Part shown: in pieces, positions 1 to 9,640 of the stretch
How the letters are laid out: the number at the start of each line of letters is the position of its first letter
How positions within the stretch are numbered: position 1 is the stretch's first letter
Source: an uncultured Candidatus Rokubacteria bacterium
GTDB lineage: Bacteria; Methylomirabilota; Methylomirabilia; Rokubacteriales; CSP1-6
DNA length: 64,000 nucleotides
Assembly: GCA_963771355.1 (NCBI GenBank)
Contig: CAVYTA010000006.1
Coordinates: forward strand, 1,600,001 to 1,664,000
Direction of reading: 5' to 3'
Made by a program: the position numbers and the translations under genes
The notes under the pieces: generated by a model
What the model saw: the letters and a program-made list of their open reading frames with translations, nothing else
What the model was told of the DNA's origin: nothing
Database searches by the model: none

Positions 1-479
1 GCGTCCGCCAGCCAGGGATGCCGGGTCAGGGTCGACACCGTCTCCGGGGTCATGACACCCCCCTGCAGCGTCAGCGTGTACCGAGAGCCCGGCGTGAGGG
101 TGCCCCAGTAGGCGGGCTCGATCGCGCAGAGATAGCGCTTGGCGTCGGCGTGCATGCGCACCAGCCACGCCACGCGCTCGGGCACGTAAGGCGCGATGAG
201 ATCCGCGCCCACGTCGTGGTGGCCTTTCGCGTCCGGGCCGGCGCCGACGGCGCGATCCTTCTTGTCGAAGATGAGGCGTGGATCCACCGCGAAGCGGCCC
301 ACGTCGTGGAGCAGGCAGGCGAGCTGGAGCTCATCGTCCGCGCCCGCGTCGCGGGCCAGCTCCGCGCACTGGAGGGAATGCGCCAGCTCGGTGACGGGCT
401 CGCCTCCGTACCGGCGCGCCGCCGAGCCGGCGAAGGCGTCGAGCAGGCGATCGGTCATGCTTCGCGCGACGCCTTCCAT
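1..479 (-). CDS. PhnZ/TmpB-like HD-domain metalloenzyme (3' end runs off the window)
   Basis: Not in the ORF track. Manual translation from ATG 479: MEGVARSMTDRLLDAF...YGGEPVTELAHSLQCAELA...LACLLHDVG...HHDVGA...VRMHADAKRYLCA...SRYTLTLQGG, matching PhnZ-family motifs. Confidence 0.8.
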   Translation of the reverse strand, partial: MEGVARSMTDRLLDAFAGSAARRYGGEPVTELAHSLQCAELARDAGADDELQLACLLHDVGRFAVDPRLIFDKKDRAVGAGPDAKGHHDVGADLIAPYVPERVAWLVRMHADAKRYLCAIEPAYWGTLTPGSRYTLTLQGGVMTPETVSTLTRHPWLAD

Positions 480-486
480 GCTTGGG

Positions 487-1884
487 CTAACCCGCGTCCC
501 CCGGCTTCACCATCTCCTCCGGGCGCACGAGGCGGTCGAACTCCTCCGCGGTGACGTAGCCGAGGGTCAGCGCGGCCTCGCGGAGGGTGGTCCCGTCCGT
601 GTGCGCCCGCTTCGCGATCTGCGCCGCGCGGTCGTAGCCGATCTGGGGAGCCAGCGCGGTGACCAGCATGAGGGAGTTGCCCACGTGATCGGCGATGCGC
701 GCCACCCGGGGCTGGATGCCCTCCGCGCAGTGCTCGCGGAACGACTCCGAGGCGTCCGCCAGCAGTCGGATCGAGCGCAGCACGTTCGAGACGATGAGCG
801 GCTTGTAGACGTTCAGCTCGAAGTTCCCCGACGCCCCCCCGAAGCCCACCGCGACGTCATTGCCCATCGCCTGGCAGCACACCATGGTGAGGGCCTCGCA
901 CTGGGTGGGATTTACCTTGCCGGGCATGATGCTGGAGCCCGGCTCGTTCTCCGGAATGGAGATCTCGCCGAGGCCGGAGCGCGGGCCCGAGGCCATCCAG
1001 CGCACGTCGTTCGCGATCTTCATGAGGGCGGCGGCGAGGGTGCGCAAGGCGCTGGAGGCCTGGAGGTCGGCCTCGTGGGAGGCCAGCGCCTGGAACTTGT
1101 TGGGCGCGCTGGTGAACGGCCGGCCGGTGAGGCTGGCCAGCGTCTTCGCCACCCGCTCGCCGAAACCCTCGGGCGCGTTGAGCCCGGTCCCGACCGCGGT
1201 GCCGCCGATGGCCAGCTCGCACAGGGCCGGCAAGGTGCCCCGCACCGCGGCGAGGGCCTGGTCGAGCATGGCCACCCAGCCGGAGATCTCCTGGCCCAGG
1301 GTCAGCGGGGTGGCGTCCTGGAGATGCGTGCGGCCGATCTTCACGATGTCCGCGAACGCCCGCGCCTTCGCGTCGAGCGTGCCGCGCAGCGCTTCCAGGG
1401 CGGGACGCAGGCGGCCCTCGATCTCCTCCACCTCGGCCACGTGCATGGCGGTGGGGAACACGTCGTTGGAGGACTGCGACCGGTTCACGTCGTCGTTGGG
1501 ATGAATCGGTTTCTTCGAGCCCCGCACGCCCCCCAGGAGCTCGATGGCGCGGTTGGCGATCACTTCGTTGGCGTTCATGTTGGTCTGGGTGCCGCTGCCC
1601 GTCTGCCAGACCACCAGGGGGAAGTCGTCCTCGAGCTTGCCCTCGATCACCTCGTCGGCCGCCCGGATGATGGCGTCCGCCTCGTCGGCGGGCAGGAGGC
1701 CGAGCTCCCGATTCACCATCGCGCAGGCCTTCTTGACCAATCCCAGCGCACGGATGAACTCCCGGGGGAACCGCTCGCCGCCGATCTTGAAGTGCTCCAG
1801 CGAGCGCTGCGTCTGCGCGCCCCAGTACCGGTCGGCGGGAACCTCGATCGGGCCCATGGTGTCGGTCTCGATGCGCGTGTTCAT
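487..1884 (-). CDS. fumC: class II fumarate hydratase
   Basis: [15 protein letters not shown] signature, [24 protein letters not shown]. Confidence 0.98.
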   Translation of the reverse strand: MNTRIETDTMGPIEVPADRYWGAQTQRSLEHFKIGGERFPREFIRALGLVKKACAMVNRELGLLPADEADAIIRAADEVIEGKLEDDFPLVVWQTGSGTQTNMNANEVIANRAIELLGGVRGSKKPIHPNDDVNRSQSSNDVFPTAMHVAEVEEIEGRLRPALEALRGTLDAKARAFADIVKIGRTHLQDATPLTLGQEISGWVAMLDQALAAVRGTLPALCELAIGGTAVGTGLNAPEGFGERVAKTLASLTGRPFTSAPNKFQALASHEADLQASSALRTLAAALMKIANDVRWMASGPRSGLGEISIPENEPGSSIMPGKVNPTQCEALTMVCCQAMGNDVAVGFGGASGNFELNVYKPLIVSNVLRSIRLLADASESFREHCAEGIQPRVARIADHVGNSLMLVTALAPQIGYDRAAQIAKRAHTDGTTLREAALTLGYVTAEEFDRLVRPEEMVKPGDAG

Positions 1885-2003
1885 CGTGATCTTTCTGCCT
1901 TGCCGCGGCTAGCATAGCACTGCTTGTCGAGGGACAGGCCCCACGGCGGCTCCTTCACGTTCGAGCTCGTTCCCGGCGCCGGCCAGTAGGCCGACGCCGC
2001 GCC

Positions 2004-2609
2004 TCATGGGTCGGGCAGCTCCTCCAGGGGGACGCGTCCGGCCACGTCGAAGACGCCGCCGCCTCGTGGCGTCAAGATCAGCATCTCGCCCTCGTCGATG
2101 GGAATGCCCGTCAAGTTCCGGATGGTGAACTGGTGGGTGACCAGGACCAGGTTCCCGCCCGCGGGCGGCTCGCCGGCGAGCGCGCGGATCTCCGCCGTGC
2201 GCCGAGCCTGGATCTCGGGGTTGGTGATCGATTGCTGCAGGGGGAGCCATTCCTCCACCCGCTCGAAGGCAAGGCGGGCGGTTTCCAGGCAACGGCAGTA
2301 GCCGCTCGAGAGCACACGTCCCACCGGAACGCTCCGCGCGCGGAACACGGCCCCGATCAAGCGCGCGTCCTCGCGTCCGTCATCGTTGAGATTCCGCTGG
2401 CGCGCGCAGTCCGAAAGGGGGGCCCCCACCGCGTCGCGCTGGCTCATATCGGTGGCGGCGTGGCGGATCAGCACGACCTGCCCGCCCCCCTTGAGCAAGG
2501 TCCAGAGCGCTTCGTCCACGGCCCCCGCCGGCGCCGCGGCAAGGACCGAGGCCGCGATGAGAACCAGGGCCGTCACCCCCACCCGGACTCCGCCCCCGAT
2601 CCGTCGCAT
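2004..2609 (-). CDS. histidine phosphatase family protein with signal peptide
   Basis: LIRHA motif, SSGYCRCLETA, LVTH; hydrophobic N-terminus; start 2609 or 2630. Confidence 0.85.
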   Translation of the reverse strand: MRRIGGGVRVGVTALVLIAASVLAAAPAGAVDEALWTLLKGGGQVVLIRHAATDMSQRDAVGAPLSDCARQRNLNDDGREDARLIGAVFRARSVPVGRVLSSGYCRCLETARLAFERVEEWLPLQQSITNPEIQARRTAEIRALAGEPPAGGNLVLVTHQFTIRNLTGIPIDEGEMLILTPRGGGVFDVAGRVPLEELPDP

Positions 2610-2641
2610 GGCTTGGCCTATCCCCAGCATAGCGCTCCGGT

Positions 2642-3769
2642 CTAGGCGATACGTCGGCCGAGCGGCCGGAAGATAAGTCGCCCCGAAACCACGAGGGCGC
2701 CCGCCCCGACCAGGGCCACGAAATAGCCGGCGAGACGCTCTCCGAGAAGCCCGCTCAGCACGGGACCGAGGAAGACGGCAGAGTCCATGCCCACGCGGTA
2801 CAGGCCGGTGCGCCAGGCCAGCCCGGTCACGCCCATGTGCTCGCGGATGATGCCGAGGGGCAGCATCCATCCCGCCAAACCCATCCCGAAACAGGCGCAA
2901 CCCGCGACGAAGAGGGGAAAGCCGCCGAGCCCGGTGCCCAAGGTGCCGAGCGCGAGCACGGCCATCACCGCGCCGAGCACGGGGACACGCCCCACGCGGT
3001 CCGCGAGTCGGCCCACCGGCAGCAGCACGATGAGATCCACGATCTGGGCCAGCGCCATGAGAATGGACACGCCGCCCCGTCCCAGGCCGAACTCACGGGT
3101 GCCGCGCAGCGGGATCAGGAACTGGCTCACCGACGACCAGGCCAGCGCCATGAGCATGCCCACGCCGAGCATGAGCCAGAACACGCGCTCATCACGCGGG
3201 GCGGCCGCACCGGCCGCGACTTCCGCCCCGCGTGGAGGGGAAACCGCCGGCGGCGTGGGAGGAAAGCGGCGAAGGAGCGCCCGCCCGAGCACGGGACCGA
3301 TGAGCAACGGGGCGGCGGCCACGGGGAGCGAGAGATTCCAGGGCCAGTGGGCGGGGAGAATCCCCATCAGCGTCAGCCCGCCCAGGATGCCGAGCATCCC
3401 GGAAAACTCGAAGAGATTGAGGCGGAACGAGCCCCCCGCGCCGCCGTCGTGCTGGAGGAGGGCGGTGATGCCGCCGACCATGAGGAGGGTATGGCCGATG
3501 CCCATGAGCGCGCGGCCGAGTACGAGCAGCGGGAAGGAGGGGGCGAGGACGAGGCAGAGGAGACCGGCGGCGAGGAAGACCGGCGACAGCACCAGGCTCA
3601 GGGCGACGTGCCGCCCGGCGAGGAGGCCGGCGGGGGCCGCCCCCGCCATCCGCGCGAACCCGAACGCGCCTGCCACCACTCCGAGCTGCCAGTCCGCGAG
3701 TCCACGCGTCTGCGCGATCTCAGGCAGGACGGGACCGAAGGCGCCTACGAGGAAGGTGTTGCCAGCCAT
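2642..3769 (-). CDS. MFS transporter
   Basis: Multiple hydrophobic helices, GRLADRVGR motif; start uncertain (3769 to about 3800). Confidence 0.85.
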   Translation of the reverse strand: MAGNTFLVGAFGPVLPEIAQTRGLADWQLGVVAGAFGFARMAGAAPAGLLAGRHVALSLVLSPVFLAAGLLCLVLAPSFPLLVLGRALMGIGHTLLMVGGITALLQHDGGAGGSFRLNLFEFSGMLGILGGLTLMGILPAHWPWNLSLPVAAAPLLIGPVLGRALLRRFPPTPPAVSPPRGAEVAAGAAAPRDERVFWLMLGVGMLMALAWSSVSQFLIPLRGTREFGLGRGGVSILMALAQIVDLIVLLPVGRLADRVGRVPVLGAVMAVLALGTLGTGLGGFPLFVAGCACFGMGLAGWMLPLGIIREHMGVTGLAWRTGLYRVGMDSAVFLGPVLSGLLGERLAGYFVALVGAGALVVSGRLIFRPLGRRIA

Positions 3770-3795
3770 CAGCAGGCACAGAAGCGCCGTGCCGC

Positions 3796-4680
3796 TCAGG
3801 GCGTGAATGGGGGGGCGTCTCCAAAGGGATAGAAGGGCGGCATGTCCTTGCTCGGTCGCATGGTGAACCGGGGCGGGCGCTTCTCGAGGAAGGAGGTGAC
3901 GCCTTCGCGCGCGTCCGCCGATCGTCCCATGTACTCCATGCCGCGCGAGTCGAGGCGATGTCCCGCCATGGGATGGTCGGCGCCGAGCAGCGTCCACATC
4001 ATCCGCCGCGCCAGCGCCACCGACACCGCGGAGGTATTGTCGGCGATCTCGCGCGCGAGAGCCCGGGCGGTGGGGAGCAGCCGGTCCGGCTCGACCACGC
4101 GGCTCACCAGGCCCCCCGCCAGCGCCTCCGTGGCCGGAAACACGCGGCCGGAGTACACCCACTCCGCGGCCTGATTGATGCCGACGATTCGGGGCAGGAA
4201 CCAGGTGCTGCCGGCCTCGGGCACGACGCCGCGCCGGCTGAAGACGAAGCCGATCCGCGCCGCCGTGGACGCGATGCGGATGTCCATGGGCAAGGTCATG
4301 GTGGCGCCGAAACCCACCGCGGGCCCGTTGATGGCGGCGATCACCGGCTTCTTCATGTCGAAGACGCGCAGCGTGAAGAGCCCGCCGCCGTCCCGATGCG
4401 GCTCGGCCGCCGGGCCGTCTTCGCGGGCGGCGCCCCGAGGGGCGCGCGCCGCCACGTCGAAAGTCCGGGCGCCCGCGGAGAGATCGGCGCCCGCGCAGAA
4501 GGCGCGCCCCGCTCCGGTCACGATCACCACCCGGATCGCGTCGTCGGCATCGGCCCGCTCGAAGGCCTCCAGCAGCTCGCGCAGCATGGTGCGAGTCAGG
4601 GCATTGAGCGTGGCGGGGCGGTCGAGGGTGACGGTGAGGACGCCATCCTCGACTTCGTAGCGAAGCTCCTGGAAGTCCAT
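3796..4680 (-). CDS. enoyl-CoA hydratase/isomerase (crotonase) family protein
   Basis: MDFQELRYEV..., AFCAGADL, KPVIAAINGPAVG; own ATG at 4680 preceded by GGGAG. Appears fused to the upstream regulator in the ORF track. Confidence 0.9.
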   Translation of the reverse strand: MDFQELRYEVEDGVLTVTLDRPATLNALTRTMLRELLEAFERADADDAIRVVIVTGAGRAFCAGADLSAGARTFDVAARAPRGAAREDGPAAEPHRDGGGLFTLRVFDMKKPVIAAINGPAVGFGATMTLPMDIRIASTAARIGFVFSRRGVVPEAGSTWFLPRIVGINQAAEWVYSGRVFPATEALAGGLVSRVVEPDRLLPTARALAREIADNTSAVSVALARRMMWTLLGADHPMAGHRLDSRGMEYMGRSADAREGVTSFLEKRPPRFTMRPSKDMPPFYPFGDAPPFTP

Positions 4681-6129
4681 CAGGCTCCCGGGCGCTCGAT
4701 GCCGCCGGGCTCGCCGGAGGCCGGCCTCCTCGTCTTCCGCCGCCTTGAGCTTGCGGAACACGGTCTTGGGATCGATGCCGAGCAGCTTGGCGGTGAGAGT
4801 CTTGTTGCCGCGGGTCATGCGCAGCGTCTCTTCGAGCATCCGCTGTTCGACCTCCGCGAGGGGGGTCCCCACGCGGATACGCAGCGTCCCTTCCCCGCCG
4901 CTCTCGCCCGCCGTCCCCTCGCCCAGCGCGGGACGCTCGAGCACAATGGCGTTCTCCGTGATCTTTTCGGGAAGATCGCCCACCTCGACGGTGTTGGCGC
5001 GCGCCAGCACCACCGCCCGCTCCACCACGTTCTCCAGCTCCCGGACATTGCCCGGCCAGGCATAGGCCTCGAGGCAGCGGAGGGCGTCGTCCGAGAAGCC
5101 CACCAGCGCGCGGTTGTTCTTCGCCGAATAGACGCGCAGGAAGTGCTGGGCGAGCACGGCCACGTCCTCGCGCTTCTCCCGCAGCGGCGGCGCCGTGACC
5201 GCGATCACGTTCAGCCGGTAGAAGAGGTCCTCGCGGAACCGCTTCTCCTTGACGAGAACGGCGAGGTCCTGATTGCTGGCGGTGACGATGCGCACGTCGA
5301 CCTTGATGGTCCGGGTGCCGCCCAGCCGCTCGAATTCACCCTCCTGCAATACTCGCAGGATCTTGGGCTGGGTCACCGGTGAGAGGTCGGCCACCTCGTC
5401 GAGGAAGAGCGTACCCCCGTCGGCCAACTCGAAGCGGCCCTCTTTCCGTCCCGCCGCGCCGGTGAAGGCACCCCTCTCGTAGCCGAACAGCTCGGATTCC
5501 AGCAAGGTCTCCGGCAGGGCGGCGCAGTTGACGGCCACGAAGGGACCCGCGCGCCGCGGGGAGCGATCGTGAATGGCGCGCGCCACCAGCTCCTTGCCGG
5601 TCCCGCTCTCGCCGTGGATGAGCACGGTGGCGGAGCTGTTGGCCACCTGATCCACCAGCGTCATCATGGCCCGGAAGGCCGGGCTCACCCCGATGAGGTT
5701 GCCCTGGGCGAGAAGATCGTCCAGGCGGCGCTGGAGAGCCAGGTTCTGCGCGATCAGCTCTCGGCGCTCGAGCGCCTTGCGGATGACGCGGATCAGCTGG
5801 GCGCGCTGGAAGGGCTTGGTGAGGAAGTCCACCGCCCCATCCTTCATCGCCGTCACCGCCTCCTCGACGGTGCCGAAGGCGGTGAGCAGGATCACGTCGA
5901 CGTCGGGCACCGCCGACTTGACCTCGCGCAGGAGCTCGAGCCCGGTGAGGCCCGGCATGCGCAGGTCGGAGAGGAGCAGGTCCACCCCGCCCTGGCGCAG
6001 GCGATCGAGCGCGGCCTGGCCGTCGGGGGCGAGCACCACGGTATAACCCTCGCGCGCGAGGGTGCGCTCCAGGCTCTGCCGCACCGCGGGGTCATCGTCG
6101 GCGACGAGAAGGGTGGCGGGCTCAGCCAC
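4680..6129 (-). CDS. sigma-54-dependent response regulator (NtrC/AtoC family), probable frameshift near 4721
   Basis: REC (VADDD, SDLRMP), GESGTGKE, GAFTGA, WPGNVRELEN, Fis HTH; GTG start 6129; a shifted-frame TGA overlaps the next ATG. Confidence 0.9.
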
Positions 6130-7432
6130 GCTCGATCCTCTTGACGGGCAGCGCAATCATGAACGTGGTCCCCTCGCCGGGTTGACTCGACCACCGCACC
6201 TGGCCGCCGTGCTCCTCGGCGATCTGCCGCGTGATGGACAGTCCGAGGCCGGTGCCCTGCGGCTTGGTGGTGAAGAACTGCTCGAAGAGCCGCTCGCCCA
6301 CCTCGGCGCTGATGCCGGGGCCGGTGTCGGTCACCGCGATCTCCACGGTGTCGTCGAGCCGCCGCGTGGTCACGGTGAGGGCGCCGCCCTGAGACACCGC
6401 CTCGAGCCCGTTCTTGATGAGGTTGAGCACGGCCTGGCGGAGGAGCGTCCGGTCGATGGTCATGGGCGGCACCGTGGCGTCGGTGCTGACGTCGAGGGTG
6501 ATACCCTGCCGGGCGGCCAGCGGGCGCACGAACTCCGTCACCGCGCCCACCATGTCGTTCACCGAATCCTCCTCGAACTGGGCCCGCGGGAAGCGCGCAA
6601 AGGCCAGATACTCCTCGGTGAGCGCGTCGAGCGCTCCCACCTGATCGCGAATGGCAACCACCAGCCCCTTCGCTTCCACCATCTCCGCCTCGCCCCGCCC
6701 TCCCACGATGTCCCCCAGCAGCTCGGCGTTGAGGCCGATGGCGGCGATGGGGTTGCGCACCTCGTGGGCCATCTTGAGCGAGAGCCGCCCCACCGTGGCC
6801 ATTCTGTCCGCCAGCAACAGCTCCTGCTGCGCGGCCTGAAGCCGGGTGAGGGTGCCGGTGAGCTCGTCGTTGAGCCGCTCGACCTCGTTGCGGCCGCGCC
6901 GTTCGCGCGCGGCCACATGCGCGATGGCGAAAGCCGGCAGCCCGAAGAAGGCAACCAGGATCATGACCGGCACCCAGCCCACCCAGGGGGGTACGAGCCA
7001 CGAGGAGGCCGCGAAGAGCAGGCCGGCCACCACCGACAGCACCAGCCCCACCGCGCGGCCGAAGTAGTAGGCGTTGATGGCGAGCAGGGGAAAGAAGAGG
7101 AGATAGTAGAGGCTGTCGCCGCCGCCGGTCAGGAACAGCAGCGCGAACACGATGAGAAGATCCACCGCGAGCGCCCCGCTGAAGATGAAGCGCGTGGCGC
7201 GGGGATTCACGGTGACCAGCGCCAGGATGCAGGCCTTGTAGGCGGCGAACCAGAGCACGAGGGAAAAGAGGTCGAAGCGATAGCGCGGGCGCAGCGGGGC
7301 CAGGCCGAGGGTGGCCAGACCACCGACCATGACGACAGCCAGCAGGAAGGCGAACAGGCGCTCGTCCCGCTCGAGCAGGCGGAAGACGGCGGCCCATGGG
7401 TTCCGCGCCAAAGACGTCATACGCTCTTCCAT
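6122..7432 (-). CDS. membrane sensor histidine kinase
   Basis: About 5-6 TM helices, AHEVRNP H-box, NLIKNG, DTGPG, GTGLGL; overlaps the response regulator start; start 7432 or 7420. Confidence 0.93.
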   Translation of the reverse strand: MEERMTSLARNPWAAVFRLLERDERLFAFLLAVVMVGGLATLGLAPLRPRYRFDLFSLVLWFAAYKACILALVTVNPRATRFIFSGALAVDLLIVFALLFLTGGGDSLYYLLFFPLLAINAYYFGRAVGLVLSVVAGLLFAASSWLVPPWVGWVPVMILVAFFGLPAFAIAHVAARERRGRNEVERLNDELTGTLTRLQAAQQELLLADRMATVGRLSLKMAHEVRNPIAAIGLNAELLGDIVGGRGEAEMVEAKGLVVAIRDQVGALDALTEEYLAFARFPRAQFEEDSVNDMVGAVTEFVRPLAARQGITLDVSTDATVPPMTIDRTLLRQAVLNLIKNGLEAVSQGGALTVTTRRLDDTVEIAVTDTGPGISAEVGERLFEQFFTTKPQGTGLGLSITRQIAEEHGGQVRWSSQPGEGTTFMIALPVKRIERG

Positions 7433-7443
7433 CCGCCCGACCA

Positions 7444-8883
7444 CTATAGCGCGTTCGAGGGGGCTTGGGCGCGCGGCTCCTCCGGGGCCGGCGCGGATGG
7501 GGCCGCCCCCCGCACCTCCTCCCGCCGCAGCAGCGGCACCGCCAGCAGCGGCACCAGACCCAGGAGCCCGACGATGATCATGAGGCGCCCCAGGCCCTCG
7601 TAGCTTTCCTGCGTCACCGCAAACGCGGTGTTGAGGTAGCGGGTGAAGAGCTCGCTGGCCGACAGGGCCAGGTTCATCAGCGAGGCCATGATGGCGAACA
7701 TGGTGGCCTCCGCCCCCGGCGGCGCGGTCCGGGCGATGAGCACCAGCATGGGGACCATGGCGAGCTGGCCGAGCGGCGCCGAGATGGTGGTGTCGATGAA
7801 CGCGAAGGTCCGCGGGCTGAGTCCCAGCCACTCGTTGACTCCGTAGTAGAGGCCGATGCTCGGCAGGTAGAGGATGAAGCTCGCCACGCTGACCCAGGTG
7901 ATGGTGAAGCTCACCGGCCGGCGTGCGATCGGCTTGCGGAAGAGGATGAGGCCCACCAGGCTCAGCACCGACGACACCTGGGCGAGCAGGCCGAGGAACT
8001 CCGGATCGAACTTCAGGTGGTCGATGACCCAGTAGCTATAGCCCTGCCCCACACCCGGCACCGCCCGATAGAGAAAGATCACGAAGGCGGATACCGCGAC
8101 CGCGCGCGACAGGCCGATCCGCTGGAGGAGCAGCACGATGAGGGTGCCGGACACCGCGAGGACGATCTCCTGGGCGAACGGCACCGCGAGGGCCTCGAGG
8201 CCCACGCTGAAGGCGGCATACGCGAGCCCGCCGATCAGCACCATCCGCGCGCGCCCTCCCCCCAGGGGACCCTCCTCCCGCGCCGCCGGGGCGCGCTCGG
8301 ACGGGCGAACGAAGAGCGCCGCCAGCGCGACCGTGACCGGCAGCAGGGCCGCGAGCGCGAACACCGGACGGGGGCCCAGGAGCCCGGTGAGCACCCCGCT
8401 GGCGTAGCCCACGCTGATGGTGCCCACCAGCAGGGCCATCCGGCCCAGCGTCTGGAGATGGGCCATCTCCTCGTCGGTCCGGGCCACTTCCACCGAGAGC
8501 GCGTCGGCCACGACGTCCTGAATCATGAAGCCGACCGCCACCAGCACCACCGCGGCGAGATAGGCGGTCTTGCTCGAGACGCCGGTGGCGAGGTAGAGGT
8601 AGCCCCCGAACGAGCAGAGCGCTCCCAGGAGGAGATAGGCCTTCCGTCGACTGCCCAGGATGGGATAGACGTCGGACGACACGCCGACCACCATCTTCAT
8701 GCTCCAGGGCAGGCCCACCCAGAACGCGATGGCTGCCGCCTCCGCCGGCGTGATGCCCAACGCCTCCTTCTGGAAGTAGAGCGCGGCCAGGCTGGTGATC
8801 CCGCTCGCGCCATAGGCGAAATAGGTGAGGAGGACGGGAAGGTACGCGACCTTGAGTGTCTTGAGCGAAGCGGGCGCGGGCAC
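7444..8883 (-). CDS. BT1/folate-biopterin family (MFS-like) transporter
   Basis: LPWSMKM..G..SD.YPI.G.RRK.Y, QDVVADA, EATMFAIMASLMNL motifs. Confidence 0.8.
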   Translation of the reverse strand: MPAPASLKTLKVAYLPVLLTYFAYGASGITSLAALYFQKEALGITPAEAAAIAFWVGLPWSMKMVVGVSSDVYPILGSRRKAYLLLGALCSFGGYLYLATGVSSKTAYLAAVVLVAVGFMIQDVVADALSVEVARTDEEMAHLQTLGRMALLVGTISVGYASGVLTGLLGPRPVFALAALLPVTVALAALFVRPSERAPAAREEGPLGGGRARMVLIGGLAYAAFSVGLEALAVPFAQEIVLAVSGTLIVLLLQRIGLSRAVAVSAFVIFLYRAVPGVGQGYSYWVIDHLKFDPEFLGLLAQVSSVLSLVGLILFRKPIARRPVSFTITWVSVASFILYLPSIGLYYGVNEWLGLSPRTFAFIDTTISAPLGQLAMVPMLVLIARTAPPGAEATMFAIMASLMNLALSASELFTRYLNTAFAVTQESYEGLGRLMIIVGLLGLVPLLAVPLLRREEVRGAAPSAPAPEEPRAQAPSNAL

Positions 8884-8951
8884 GCCTGAAGTTTACCGCA
8901 TCCATGGCGCGCGCCTTGACGGGTCCGTCCCGGCCGGGTAGGTTCGGGCGC

Positions 8952-9629
8952 ATGCCCCTCCTCGGCCACGCCATTCTCGCGATCTGGAACGACATCGCCC
9001 CCGGCGGCGACGCCGAGTTCAACCACTGGCACATCAGCGAGCACTTCCCGGAGCGGTTGAGCGTGCCGGGATTCCTCCGCGGCCGGCGATACGACGTGGC
9101 CAGCGGGACGCCGGCCTACTTCACCCTCTACGAGACAGAGTCGGTGGACGTGCTCCAGAGCCCGGGCTACCTCGCCCGCCTCAACGCGCCCACTTCCTGG
9201 ACCACGAAGTGCATCCAGCTCTTCCGGAACAACCGCCGCACCGCCTGCCGCAACACGGTGTCCCTCGGGCAGGGCGTGGGCGGGGCCCTGGCCACCCTGG
9301 AGCTGGGCCCGGCCGCCGGCGGTGACGAGACGCTCCGGGCCTGGCTCACCGCCACCGCCCTCCCCGCCCTCGCGGGCCGTCCCGGCATCACCGGCGCCCA
9401 CCTCTCAGAGGCCGACGTCGAGATGACGGTGGTGCGGACGGCGGAGAAGAAGCTCCTGGACAAGCCCGATACGCTCGCCCGCTGGGTGGTGATGGTGGAG
9501 GGTCTCGACACGGAGACCGTCGCCGGCGCGTGCGGGGCCGTGCTCGGGGACGAGGTCCTCACGCGGCACGGGGCGGCGCCCGACCGCTCCCTCGCCGTGT
9601 ATCGCCTCGTCTACACCCTCGGCGGCTGA
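8952..9629 (+). CDS. conserved hypothetical protein (EthD/DUF4286-like alpha-beta barrel)
   Basis: FNHWHISEHFPERLSVPGFLRGRRY, YFTLYE motifs. Confidence 0.7.
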   Translation: MPLLGHAILAIWNDIAPGGDAEFNHWHISEHFPERLSVPGFLRGRRYDVASGTPAYFTLYETESVDVLQSPGYLARLNAPTSWTTKCIQLFRNNRRTACRNTVSLGQGVGGALATLELGPAAGGDETLRAWLTATALPALAGRPGITGAHLSEADVEMTVVRTAEKKLLDKPDTLARWVVMVEGLDTETVAGACGAVLGDEVLTRHGAAPDRSLAVYRLVYTLGG

Positions 9630-9640
9630 GCCGGACCGCG

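Noticed and set aside
196..1917. 573-aa plus-strand ORF and similar long ORFs (14540-17521, 35862-37712, 43139-45151, 49851-51599, 51871-54939)
   Set aside because: Antisense or off-frame shadows of well-supported genes, expected at high GC; no recognisable motifs
3796..6156. Novel NtrC-crotonase fusion protein
   Set aside because: Better explained by a one-base indel; a coupled TGATG junction and SD exist in the shifted frame
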